Shown in pieces: positions 1 to 8,645 of a stretch of DNA of 64,000 bases. The notes under the pieces were generated by a model, which was not told where the DNA came from, ran no database searches, and saw nothing but the letters and a program-made list of their open reading frames with translations. The position numbers and the translations under genes are program-made. This DNA comes from Verrucomicrobiia bacterium (GTDB lineage Bacteria; Verrucomicrobiota; Verrucomicrobiia; Chthoniobacterales; Terrimicrobiaceae), in contig JBAXXD010000008.1 in the NCBI GenBank assembly GCA_037128135.1, forward strand, positions 1,482-65,481. The letters are read 5' to 3'. Position 1 is the first letter of the stretch. Every line of letters begins with the position of its first letter.

Positions 1-138
1 CGCCCCGTGACGAGCGCCTTGATCGGCGCCAGCTCCGTCGCCCAACTCGAACAGAATCTTCATGCGCTCGCCCGGCTGGAATTTGCACAAGAGGAACTCA
101 CCGGAATCGAGGAGGCGCTCCGCCTGGCTGAAGGATAG
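1..138 (+). CDS. aldo/keto reductase family protein, C-terminal fragment (5' end outside window)
   Basis: Frame +1 is open from base 1 to TAG 136-138. RPVTSALIGASSVAQLEQNLHALARLEF... resembles the conserved C-terminal end of aldo/keto reductases (recognised from memory). Confidence 0.55.
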   Translation, partial: RPVTSALIGASSVAQLEQNLHALARLEFAQEELTGIEEALRLAEG

Positions 139-320
139 CCGCTGAAAATCGGCAACATCCTGATGCTCAGCCGCAGCAAGGCGGAGTTTCTGACCTTGTA
201 TTCCTTGTGGGACATGGGAGTCCCTCCGGTGTTCTCTTGGTGCGCAATCGCCATACCCTTCGATGGTAATGGCACAAAGTAATGCTTGCCAAGCCTGCCG
301 CTCCATGACATGGAATAGAC

Positions 321-596
321 ATGGCAGCGACCATTACGAGCAAGGGGCAGATTACGATCCCTCTGGGAATCCGCCAGCGCTTCGCGTTGGCCCCCGGTGA
401 CAAACTGGAGTTTGACACCAGCGCCTCCGTGCTGACCGCACGACGGCTCATCAACAGGAGCGAATGGAGCAAGACTTTGGACGAATGGAAAAAGACCTCC
501 CGTGCCCGCCTGAAGGGACTTCCTTGGGAAAAGCTGTCGGCGGAAAAACTTGTGGATGATTTGCGTGGTGGCCCTGCGGACAAGACAGAGCCATGA
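321..596 (+). CDS. AbrB/SpoVT-fold antitoxin (VapB/MazE-like)
   Basis: 91-aa ORF. The N-terminal KGQITIPLGIRQRF matches the SpoVT/AbrB looped-hinge signature. Its stop overlaps the downstream PIN gene start (ATGA at 593-596). Confidence 0.8.
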   Translation: MAATITSKGQITIPLGIRQRFALAPGDKLEFDTSASVLTARRLINRSEWSKTLDEWKKTSRARLKGLPWEKLSAEKLVDDLRGGPADKTEP

Positions 597-1000
597 GGAC
601 GGCGATCGACTCGTCGGTGTTGTGGTCTCTGATCAAGGAGGAATCCGGTTGGGAGGCGTGGGCGGAAATCCTCCAAAGGGCGGCATCGGAGGGGCCGCTT
701 CTTGTCAGTGCGGTGACGTTTGCCGAACTTTCCCCCTCCGCTGGTGACCCCGCGACACTGACCGGTTTTCTCAATCGCCTCGGCATCCGTTATGATGACA
801 TTCGGGAAGATGCGGCATTCCTTGCCGGAAGCACATTCAAGGCATACCGACTGCGCGGAGGGCCCAGGCAGCATCTCGTCCCCGATTTTCTCATCGCCGC
901 TCATGCCCAGGTGCAGGCGGATCGCCTCGCCGCAAGGGATCGCGGTTACCTGCGCCGATGGTTTCCCCACCTGCGTTTGCTCGAACCGGCGGCAAACTGA
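593..1000 (+). CDS. PIN-domain ribonuclease toxin (VapC-like)
   Basis: 135-aa ORF with PIN-like acidic positions (AIDSSV, FAEL, VPDFLIAAHA). Translationally coupled to the upstream antitoxin. Confidence 0.8.
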   Translation: MRTAIDSSVLWSLIKEESGWEAWAEILQRAASEGPLLVSAVTFAELSPSAGDPATLTGFLNRLGIRYDDIREDAAFLAGSTFKAYRLRGGPRQHLVPDFLIAAHAQVQADRLAARDRGYLRRWFPHLRLLEPAAN

Positions 1001-1125
1001 TGGAGGCCGCCGCCGGAAAGCGCTCGAACCTTGCGGACGCTTTCGTCTCTCGCTTACCTTGCTGAGCAGCCCGAGGGCTGGCTGTCTGAATTTTATGTCC
1101 GGGAGATCAACCCCAAAGGGGGCGG

Positions 1126-3828
1126 TCAGCCGACGCGGAGCTTTTGCCGGGCGATCGCGCAGCGTTCGATGGCGGAGCGGAGGGCTTCCGAGCGGAGGGG
1201 TTTGCTGAGGTAGTCGTTCATGCCGGCGATCCGGCACCGAAGGGGATCCTCAGGCATGGCGTCTGCCGTGAGAGCGGTGATCCATGTCGTATCCCCGCGC
1301 TGGCGGAGAACGGCGGTGGCCTCGTAGCCGTCCATCTCGGGCATCTGGATATCCATCACGACAAGATCGAAGGACTCGGACTCCAGACGTTCGACGCAGA
1401 GCTTTCCGTTTTCGACAACCTGCGGGTGGTAGCCCAGGTTCCCGAGCATCTTGGTGAGCACCTTGCGGTTGATCGCATTGTCCTCTGCGATGAGGATTTT
1501 CAGAGGGAAACGGTCGGCGAGAAGTCCGGGCGAAGGGGCCGCCTCCGGCATGTCGTCCGCCGCGCGGGGCTCGAATAATCGGGTGAGGGCTTTCAGGAGT
1601 TCGGCGCGGCGCACCGGTTTGGCGATGGTGCCGGCGAGCCGGAGGGATGCGGACTGCGGAACGCGCACGATGGATGGGAAGGCGAGCTCCAGCACATGGG
1701 GGATGTTGGCGGATGCGAGCGCTGCGGCAACATCCGTAAGCACCGCGTCTGGAAGCCCCCCGTCGACGAGCGCCACATCCGGCGGCACCCCGGAACCCAA
1801 GGCCTCGCGCACCGCGGGGACGTCGCCCGCCAGAGCCGCATTCATCCCGAACGATTCGAGAACCTCCCGTGCCATCTGCCGGAATGGCGCGCTGTCGTCC
1901 ACAATGAGGACAGAACGTCCGGCAAGCGGACCGCCCGCCGGCTGAACGTTTTTTTCCGCAGCCTCATCCAGGGGAATCAGCACGACAAACTCGGCCCCTC
2001 TGCCCTCCTCGCTGTGGACAGTGATGGCGCCGCCCATGAGCGCGGCCAGCCGTCCGCAGATCGCGAGCCCGAGCCCGGTGCCGCCAAAGCGCCGCGTCGT
2101 CGAGGAATCCGCCTGGCTGAACGGCAGAAAAATCCGCTTCTGTTCGCTGCCGGAGATTCCGATCCCGGTATCCCGCACCGAGAGCATGAGGGCGTCCCCG
2201 CCCGGAAGCCACGGCCTGCGGCCGAGCGTGACGACCACCTCCCCGGAGGCTGTGAACTTCAGCGCGTTGCCGACGAGGTTGACAAGGATCTGGCGAAGGC
2301 GGCCCTCGTCGCCCGCCATCCAGTCCAGATCCGGGCACTCGAACCGCGCGAGCAGCTCGATTTTTTTCTCCGCCGCCATGAGCGCGTAGAGATCCAGAAC
2401 CTCCTCGGCGCAATTCCGCAGGGAAAACGGACGCTTCTCGAGCGTCAGCTTCGAGGACTCCATTTTTGAAAAATCCAGGATGTCGTTGATCAGGTGGAGC
2501 AGGGAGTCGCCGCACTTGCGGATCGTGTGGAGATAATCCTTCTGCTCAGCGTTGATCGCCGTGTCGAGCAGCAGGGTCGCGCACCCGATCACCCCGTTCA
2601 TCGGAGTTCGGATCTCATGGCTCATCACCGCCAGAAAATCGCTCTTCGCCCGGTCGGCCGCCTCCGCCGCGTCGCGGGAGGAAATTAGGTCGGCCTCGAA
2701 CTTTTTCTGCCGAGAAATATCGAGGAGGACGCCGTCCGCGGCGAGGAGTTTTCCATCCGGCCCGCGGGTGAGAACGCAGCGGTCCAGAAACCACACGGAG
2801 TGCCCCTCCCTGTGCAGGCAACGGTATTCGCGGACAAGCAGGGAGTCGCTCCCGTCGCGGGCACCCGCCCAGTCTTCAAGCGCGGCGGCATCTTTCGGGT
2901 GGATCCGATCCTTCCAATGCCCGGGGGCTGACGGCATTTCGCCGGGCTCGAATCCGAGGAGCGCCCGGCACTCGCCGCGCCAGAGCATCCGTCCGTCGGC
3001 GGCGTTGTAGTGGTAAATCATCTGACCAAGCGCGCTGACCAGCCTGCGATCCAGCTCCTCCGCAGCCATTTTCTCCTCGCTGACTTTCCGGGTGGTCTCC
3101 TCCTGGTGCCTGAGCCGCTGCCGGCTCCGGAAAACGAACCCGCTCACCAGCAGCGCCGCAAACAACGCAAAGCCCGACGAGACCGCGACGGAGAGGATGA
3201 CGCTCCGAAGCTGCGCGAGATAATCCGCCACATCGAGATCGAGCCCGACCGCCCCGACGTTTCGCCCGTCGCGCGTTTTCACCGGGGCGAGGGCTGTCAA
3301 AAATGTTCCAAACTCGTCGGTGAACGGTTCTTTGCTGACGTAGGAGCCGCCCTCCCGCAGGGCCTCCATCTCTGCGCGATCCTCCTCGGCCGAACGGCTC
3401 TGGTAGGGCTCCATGAGCCCGGAGGCCACCATCTTGCGGGAGAAGCCCAGACGGTCGGCCGCCGTGGCCGTATCGAGGACGAAACAAAGGCGCCCGTTTT
3501 TTTCCACGAGCGTGTAAAGGTAGGCGATCTCCGGGACGCCCCGGTGAAAAGCCACGAGCGGGGCCAGCGCCCGCTCATAATCTTCGCCGCCCTGCTGCGA
3601 GGGATCCGCCAGCTTCCCGTGCAAATCCCCGTCCACAAGCCCCGCCGCGGCGTTCACCATCCGGAGCATGTGCTCGCGGATCGTGCCCTTCTGGGCGGAA
3701 AGTGACTGGTAGCCAAGGAACCAGATGCCTGACCATGAGGTCACAAGAACAACCAAGCCCACGAAGACCGCCTCGGCGATCGGGCGCACCCGCAGTGGCT
3801 GCCGGGCAACTGGAGGATGAGGTGGCAA
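1126..3828 (-). CDS. hybrid sensor histidine kinase/response regulator
   Basis: 900-aa ORF. Two TM segments flank a periplasmic sensor region, followed by a PAS-like segment, H-box SHEIRTPMNGV and ATPase boxes (DTGIGI, GGTGLGLAI). A degenerate and a canonical receiver follow (ILIAEDNAINRKV...MDIQMPEMDG). Confidence 0.9.
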   Translation of the reverse strand: MPPHPPVARQPLRVRPIAEAVFVGLVVLVTSWSGIWFLGYQSLSAQKGTIREHMLRMVNAAAGLVDGDLHGKLADPSQQGGEDYERALAPLVAFHRGVPEIAYLYTLVEKNGRLCFVLDTATAADRLGFSRKMVASGLMEPYQSRSAEEDRAEMEALREGGSYVSKEPFTDEFGTFLTALAPVKTRDGRNVGAVGLDLDVADYLAQLRSVILSVAVSSGFALFAALLVSGFVFRSRQRLRHQEETTRKVSEEKMAAEELDRRLVSALGQMIYHYNAADGRMLWRGECRALLGFEPGEMPSAPGHWKDRIHPKDAAALEDWAGARDGSDSLLVREYRCLHREGHSVWFLDRCVLTRGPDGKLLAADGVLLDISRQKKFEADLISSRDAAEAADRAKSDFLAVMSHEIRTPMNGVIGCATLLLDTAINAEQKDYLHTIRKCGDSLLHLINDILDFSKMESSKLTLEKRPFSLRNCAEEVLDLYALMAAEKKIELLARFECPDLDWMAGDEGRLRQILVNLVGNALKFTASGEVVVTLGRRPWLPGGDALMLSVRDTGIGISGSEQKRIFLPFSQADSSTTRRFGGTGLGLAICGRLAALMGGAITVHSEEGRGAEFVVLIPLDEAAEKNVQPAGGPLAGRSVLIVDDSAPFRQMAREVLESFGMNAALAGDVPAVREALGSGVPPDVALVDGGLPDAVLTDVAAALASANIPHVLELAFPSIVRVPQSASLRLAGTIAKPVRRAELLKALTRLFEPRAADDMPEAAPSPGLLADRFPLKILIAEDNAINRKVLTKMLGNLGYHPQVVENGKLCVERLESESFDLVVMDIQMPEMDGYEATAVLRQRGDTTWITALTADAMPEDPLRCRIAGMNDYLSKPLRSEALRSAIERCAIARQKLRVG

Positions 3829-3913
3829 GGGAAACGAAAACTTATTTCAGCATAATCACTTTTCGGCGCGGCACAATCCCGGAGCGGATATTCCCGGCGA
3901 AATCCTCCGGCTT

Positions 3914-5317
3914 CTACGGCTTCGGAACCTTGAGCGGGCGGAACGATTCTTGCGGCGCGATGGCGGTGACCGAACCGACGGTCGGATGCGAGCGGATCAT
4001 TTCGGAGAATTTTCCGGCCGAGGGTTTGAGCACGCGGACGAATGTTTTGGGATCCATGGTCGAGAGCCCGAAGAGCGCCTTGTAGCCGTAGTGCCATTCG
4101 TAATTGTCGGCGAGCGACCACGTGAAATACCCGCGCACATCGTAGCCGTCGCGGATCGCGCGGCCGATCGCGGCGAGGTGGTTGCGCATATACCAGACCC
4201 GCTTGGCGTCATTTTTTGTGGCGATGCCGTTCTCGGTGATCATCATCGGCTTCCCGTAGCGGTCGCCGACGCGGCGGATTTCTTTGTAAAGGCCGCCGGG
4301 GTCGATCTGCCAGCCCATCATCGTGAAATTCGGCCCGCGGCGGTAGGGCTCCGCGAGCAGGGAGATCGGGCCGGGCGCCTGCGAGTAGTAGTAGTTGAAG
4401 CCCACGATGTCGCAGACATCATAGACCCGGTCGAGGTGATCCACGTTGCCGTGAAGCATCGTGTTGTAGATGAGCCCGCCGGGATCGAGGGGGGCACGTT
4501 CCCACCAGGGGAGCGCCTCGACGCTGAGGACTTTCGCGCCCGGCTTGATCTCCTTGATCCGAGCGGCCGCGTCGCGGAACATCTCCGCACTCGCCGCGAT
4601 CGCCAATTTGTAATGCCCGAAAGCCAGGCTCATCGCCGGCGGCCACTGGCCGACGATATAGGCGGTCGTGATCTGGCCGTTCGGCTCGTTCTGCGGGGCG
4701 TAGAATGTCGCATACGGCGACGTGGCGCGCACGATCTTGTCCACATACGCGTTCCACCTCGGGCGAGCCAGCGGGTGCAGCCAGTTCGAGCGTCCGGGCT
4801 GCTTCTTGTCATAGAGCCAGTCCGGGAACGTGAAATGCCATAGGCAGATGACCGGCTCGATGCCGGACTCCTTGAGCCGCCGTGCCATCCCGGCATACCG
4901 ACGGATCGCCTCCTCGTTGAATTTCCCGGGCTCCGGCTCGACCCGCGCCCACTCGATGCTGAACCGGTAGTGCGTGACCCCGATCCGCTTCAGCGCGGCC
5001 AGGTCGTCCTCAAACCTCGTCCACGAATACAGCGCGTTCCCTTTCTCCGGCGCCTTCTTCTGCGAAATCAGCACGTCCCAGTCGGTCGAAAAATTTTCTT
5101 TTGTGCCGGGCTTCACGCCCGGGTCCTCGTATTGGTAGCTCGCGGCCGAGACCCCCCACGCGAACCGGCTGCCGGGCTGCGGCTTCGATTTTTCCGGCCG
5201 CGGCACCGGGCCTTTTCCGAGCGGCCCCAGCGGATCGATCGGGTTCACGCAGCCGGCTTGAAAAACCAGCAGCAGGCAAGCCGCACACGGGAGCATCCGA
5301 AAAAAAAGTCTCTTCAT
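3914..5317 (-). CDS. glycoside hydrolase family 1 (beta-glucosidase-like), lipoprotein
   Basis: 467-aa ORF with a lipobox-like signal (LLLVFQAGC). GH1 motifs are present: FAWGVSAASYQYE, acid/base NEP (APQNEPNG) and nucleophile ITENG. Confidence 0.9.
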   Translation of the reverse strand: MKRLFFRMLPCAACLLLVFQAGCVNPIDPLGPLGKGPVPRPEKSKPQPGSRFAWGVSAASYQYEDPGVKPGTKENFSTDWDVLISQKKAPEKGNALYSWTRFEDDLAALKRIGVTHYRFSIEWARVEPEPGKFNEEAIRRYAGMARRLKESGIEPVICLWHFTFPDWLYDKKQPGRSNWLHPLARPRWNAYVDKIVRATSPYATFYAPQNEPNGQITTAYIVGQWPPAMSLAFGHYKLAIAASAEMFRDAAARIKEIKPGAKVLSVEALPWWERAPLDPGGLIYNTMLHGNVDHLDRVYDVCDIVGFNYYYSQAPGPISLLAEPYRRGPNFTMMGWQIDPGGLYKEIRRVGDRYGKPMMITENGIATKNDAKRVWYMRNHLAAIGRAIRDGYDVRGYFTWSLADNYEWHYGYKALFGLSTMDPKTFVRVLKPSAGKFSEMIRSHPTVGSVTAIAPQESFRPLKVPKP

Positions 5318-5428
5318 GGGCTGTCAAAGTAGATCCGGATCTGCTTGATTAAAAGACAAACCCCGGAAATCCCCCCGGAAAATGAGCGGCATGATGGAAT
5401 TGGAAAAATTGACGGGTAAACCAAAAAC

Positions 5429-5944
5429 GTGAGTCGGGTTGTATTAGAATCCGCCGAGAAGGAACTTCTCCGGCATTTGAAGCTCGGAAAGAATGTCCGT
5501 TCGACGAACGGCACCAACCGGGTGCGCGCCCTTGTCCTGGCGGCCCTGGCAAATCCTGCCGTTCAGAAGCTCTGCCAGAAATATAAGGTCGGTACCGGCG
5601 AGCTTTGCACAGCCTGCACGGAAATCCTTGATGCGATGCCCGAGCCGGCCGAATCGGCCGGACTGGGAACGGCGTTCCTCGGCGATCCCGTGCAGATGGA
5701 GAAGTTCCTTGCGGAGATCCACCGCGCCGCGCACGGCCAGCCTCGTCTGCGGCGGCACCTCGCGATCGTCGCCTGCGCCAAACGCCACGCCGCCCTGCTC
5801 GCCGCCCCCTCTCCCGCGGAGACCCGCCCGGAAATCACGCGCGCCCATCTCCTCAATTCCTCCATAATGGGCAAGCTGCCCCTCGTCCTGCTGTGCACGG
5901 CCGTCGTGGTCGCGGCGATCCTTGCCGCAGTCTATCTGCTCTGA
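5429..5944 (+). CDS. hypothetical protein with C-terminal transmembrane anchor
   Basis: 171-aa ORF (GTG start) in an otherwise empty gap. It ends in a hydrophobic segment (LPLVLLCTAVVVAAILAAVYLL). No recognisable family. The long antisense ORF 5444..6607 looks like a GC shadow. Confidence 0.4.
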   Translation: MSRVVLESAEKELLRHLKLGKNVRSTNGTNRVRALVLAALANPAVQKLCQKYKVGTGELCTACTEILDAMPEPAESAGLGTAFLGDPVQMEKFLAEIHRAAHGQPRLRRHLAIVACAKRHAALLAAPSPAETRPEITRAHLLNSSIMGKLPLVLLCTAVVVAAILAAVYLL

Positions 5945-6010
5945 AAAAAGCTGCGGCAGAAGAAGCACCCGGACTGTTGATGTCCCGGAATATTCGCGGT
6001 AGGATCGGTT

Positions 6011-6628
6011 ATGAAGTTGTCTCCCCCACGCGCTCTGGCTCTCGCAGCGGCTCTCCTGCCGCTCGTCGCGCTTGGAGGATGGCTCGTTGCGGGGCACGAT
6101 GAAAACTATGCGCTCCAAAAGTTTTTTTTCCGTGCGCGCTACGGGCGCTACGACGGCCTGATCGTTGCCTCGGGTGCCCGCTACGGCGTCCCCCCATCGC
6201 TCATCAAAGCTGTCATCTGGAGGGAGTCCCGGTTCCACCCGGAAATGCTGGGCTCCCGCGGCGAGCGCGGGCTGATGCAGATCACGGAGCGGGCCGCGCT
6301 GGATTGGGCGCGCACGGAGAAGATCGAAACCTTTGTCCCGGCCGACCTCCTCGATCCGAAAACCAATATCGAGGCCGGCACATGGTATCTTTCCAACTCC
6401 CTGCGCCATTGGTCCGGAAAGGACGACCCGATCCCCTTCGCGCTGGCCGAATACAATGCCGGGCGCACCCAGGTGAACCGCTGGGAACGTGGCTCCGGAT
6501 CCGCGGAGGGATTCGGCGCGGAAAAATTGCGCGACACCATGGACTTCCCGGCCACCCGGATCTACATCCGCTCGATTGTGGAAAGATATCGCGACTTCGA
6601 AAAGCACGGGGAATTCCCTCCGGGATAA
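6011..6628 (+). CDS. lytic transglycosylase (SLT domain)
   Basis: 205-aa ORF with an N-terminal signal/anchor. SLT catalytic region AVIWRESRFHPEMLGSRGERGLMQIT and AEYNAG motif are present. Confidence 0.85.
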   Translation: MKLSPPRALALAAALLPLVALGGWLVAGHDENYALQKFFFRARYGRYDGLIVASGARYGVPPSLIKAVIWRESRFHPEMLGSRGERGLMQITERAALDWARTEKIETFVPADLLDPKTNIEAGTWYLSNSLRHWSGKDDPIPFALAEYNAGRTQVNRWERGSGSAEGFGAEKLRDTMDFPATRIYIRSIVERYRDFEKHGEFPPG

Positions 6629-6633
6629 ACCCG

Positions 6634-6675
6634 GGCCTATTTTTCCGCCAGCTCAAAGCCGGCAGAAGGGGTCTG
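6634..6675 (-). other. short relic resembling the 3' end of the PPC-repeat gene (paralog of 23026..25314)
   Basis: CCTATTTTTCCGCCAGCTC (19 nt) is identical to 23024-23042. The minus-strand reading ...LLPGFELAEK* parallels ...LLPAIPFELAEK* at the end of the 762-aa protein. Confidence 0.35.
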
Positions 6676-6692
6676 AATGGCGCTAAGCGAAC

Positions 6693-6754
6693 GTAGAAGC
6701 GGCATCTTGACGCTTTCCCCAGAAGAGATCCAAGTGGCAAGATGCCGCTTCTAC
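6693..6754. repeat. perfect 17-bp inverted repeat (hairpin) built from a GGCAAGATGCCG-type module
   Basis: GTAGAAGCGGCATCTTG (6693-6709) is the exact reverse complement of CAAGATGCCGCTTCTAC (6738-6754), with a 28-nt spacer. A related unit occurs at 22802-22820. Confidence 0.8.
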
Positions 6755-6856
6755 ATCCCCAACCCGGCTTAACCAGTGCCCTTCAGAACCGGCCCTTTTT
6801 TCTTTTTTTTTGATTCGCAGCTCTTACGCAACCATTCTCTCACACAAATCAACCCA

Positions 6857-7591
6857 ATGAAAACCACCATCGCAAAAACCAAACAGGAATCCGGAGCTGC
6901 CGCGGCCGCGCTCGGCGCAAAACTCATCCGCGAAGCCATCTGGAAAAAGGGGAACGCCAACATCATCGTGGCCACCGGCGCCTCGCAGTTCGAAATGATC
7001 GGGCAGCTCGTCAAGGAGCCCCGGATCGACTGGGCGCGCGTCACTGCCTTCCACCTCGATGAATACGTCGGCATGCCGATCACTCATCCGGCTTCGTTCC
7101 GGAAATATCTGTGGGAACGCTTTGTGTCGCGGCTTCCCCTTCCGCTCGCCGCATTTCATTACCTCAACGGCGAAGGGGATGCGCAGAAAGAGTGCCTGCG
7201 CGTCGGGGCGATCATCGCCAAGCACCCGATCGATGTCTGCTTTGCGGGAATCGGCGAGAACGGACACCTCGCATTCAACGATCCGCCGGCCGACTTCAAA
7301 ACCGCGGCCCCTTATCTCGTGGTCCACCTTGACGAGGCCTGCCGCAAGCAGCAGATGGGCGAGGGGTGGTTCAAGGCCCTCGCCCAAGTTCCCAAGCAGG
7401 CGATCTCGATGTCCATCCGCCAGATCATGAAATCCAAGGCCATCATCTGCACGGTGCCGGACAAGCGCAAGGCGCAAGCTGTGAGCGATTGCCTCAACGG
7501 AAGTGTGACGCCCGAGCATCCGTCTTCAATTCTTCAGCGCCACAAGGCGGTCTGGTGTTTTCTCGACGCGGGATCAGCCTCACTCCTCTAA
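6857..7591 (+). CDS. nagB: glucosamine-6-phosphate deaminase
   Basis: The ORF-track start 6776 runs through a poly-T tract, so the ATG at 6857 is the likely start. Motifs: IIVATGASQ, HLDEYVG, GIGENGHLAFNDP. Confidence 0.85.
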   Translation: MKTTIAKTKQESGAAAAALGAKLIREAIWKKGNANIIVATGASQFEMIGQLVKEPRIDWARVTAFHLDEYVGMPITHPASFRKYLWERFVSRLPLPLAAFHYLNGEGDAQKECLRVGAIIAKHPIDVCFAGIGENGHLAFNDPPADFKTAAPYLVVHLDEACRKQQMGEGWFKALAQVPKQAISMSIRQIMKSKAIICTVPDKRKAQAVSDCLNGSVTPEHPSSILQRHKAVWCFLDAGSASLL

Positions 7592-7594
7592 GCC

Positions 7595-8590
7595 ATGCAC
7601 ATCGGAAAAAAATCTCTCGGGGTCGGTGGCCGGTTAGAGTGCGAGGGTGTCGCGCAGTGGAAAACCAGTCTGTTTGATATCCAGGTCAACGGGTTTGCGG
7701 GGGTGGATTTCCAGCAGCCCGATTTGGCTGCCGCCGATCTCCGTCGCGCGGTGGACGGGCTTGCCGCGCACGAGACCCGGAGGTTTTTCCTGACGCTCAT
7801 CACCGACGAGATCGGCTCGCTTTGCGCAAAGCTGCAAAACATCGAACAGATCCGGTCCGCCGACCCTGCCGTCGGCGAAGCTGCCTGCGGGTATCATCTC
7901 GAGGGGCCGTGGCTATCGCCGGAACCCGGATATCGTGGTGCCCATGACCCCCGGCACATGGGATCGCCGAGCATCGCGGATTTCGACCGTCTGCAGAAGG
8001 CCGCGGGTGGGCAAATTAAACTGCTGACCATCGCCTCGGAACTGCCAGGCAGTATCGATGTCATTCGACATGCGGTGAGCTCAGGCGTGCAGGTCTCCCT
8101 CGGGCATTCCCACGCATCCGCAGCCGATATCGACAAAGCCATCGATGCCGGAGCGAGGTTTTGCACGCATCTCGGAAACGGTGTTCCTTCAGAAATGCAC
8201 CGGCACGAAAACGTGACCCAGCGGCTGTTGTCGCGTGACGAGTTGACCGCATTTTTTATCCCGGACGGGATTCACTTGCCGCCCTTCGTTTTGAAAAACT
8301 TTTTCCGTGCCAAGCCGCAGGGAAGACGGCTTTTCACGTCGGATTGCATGGCTGCGGCGGGCGCGCCGCCTGGACGTTATCGCATCGCCCATCACGAACT
8401 CGAAGTCGGCGATGACCGGGTGGTTCGCTCCCCAGGCACTTCGTGTTTTGCGGGATCCGCATTGGCTCCGGACGAGGGGGTGCGGAACATCTGCCGCTGG
8501 CTGGGCTTGGATGAAGGCGAAGCCCGCCGCCTGTTCTCCACAGAAATTGCTGAAGCATTCGGCATCAAGCTTCCCACCCTCACTATTTGA
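7595..8590 (+). CDS. nagA: N-acetylglucosamine-6-phosphate deacetylase
   Basis: 331-aa ORF starting 4 nt after the nagB stop. Amidohydrolase/NagA motifs: DIQVNGFAGVDF, HLEGPWLS, LGHSHAS, THLGNG. The N-terminus is shorter than I expect for NagA. Confidence 0.85.
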   Translation: MHIGKKSLGVGGRLECEGVAQWKTSLFDIQVNGFAGVDFQQPDLAAADLRRAVDGLAAHETRRFFLTLITDEIGSLCAKLQNIEQIRSADPAVGEAACGYHLEGPWLSPEPGYRGAHDPRHMGSPSIADFDRLQKAAGGQIKLLTIASELPGSIDVIRHAVSSGVQVSLGHSHASAADIDKAIDAGARFCTHLGNGVPSEMHRHENVTQRLLSRDELTAFFIPDGIHLPPFVLKNFFRAKPQGRRLFTSDCMAAAGAPPGRYRIAHHELEVGDDRVVRSPGTSCFAGSALAPDEGVRNICRWLGLDEGEARRLFSTEIAEAFGIKLPTLTI

Positions 8591-8645
8591 ATGCCATGTT
8601 AGCCTTTGCCCTTCTCCGCCACAACGGCCAAGAGATTTCCAACCC

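Noticed and set aside
167-1237. 356-aa minus-strand ORF spanning the VapBC locus
   Set aside because: It is antisense to two well-supported, translationally coupled genes. Its Arg/Pro/Gly-rich composition is typical of GC shadow frames, and no family signature is present.
6796-6811. T-run considered as an intrinsic terminator for the transglycosylase gene
   Set aside because: There is no GC-rich stem immediately upstream. The strong hairpin ends 40 nt earlier. The T-run may instead belong to the nagB promoter region.
8307-8645. N-terminal extension of the DUF4838-like ORF as listed in the ORF track
   Set aside because: It overlaps the 3' third of nagA in another frame. The first ATG after the nagA stop (8646) aligns with the ATG of copy 2.
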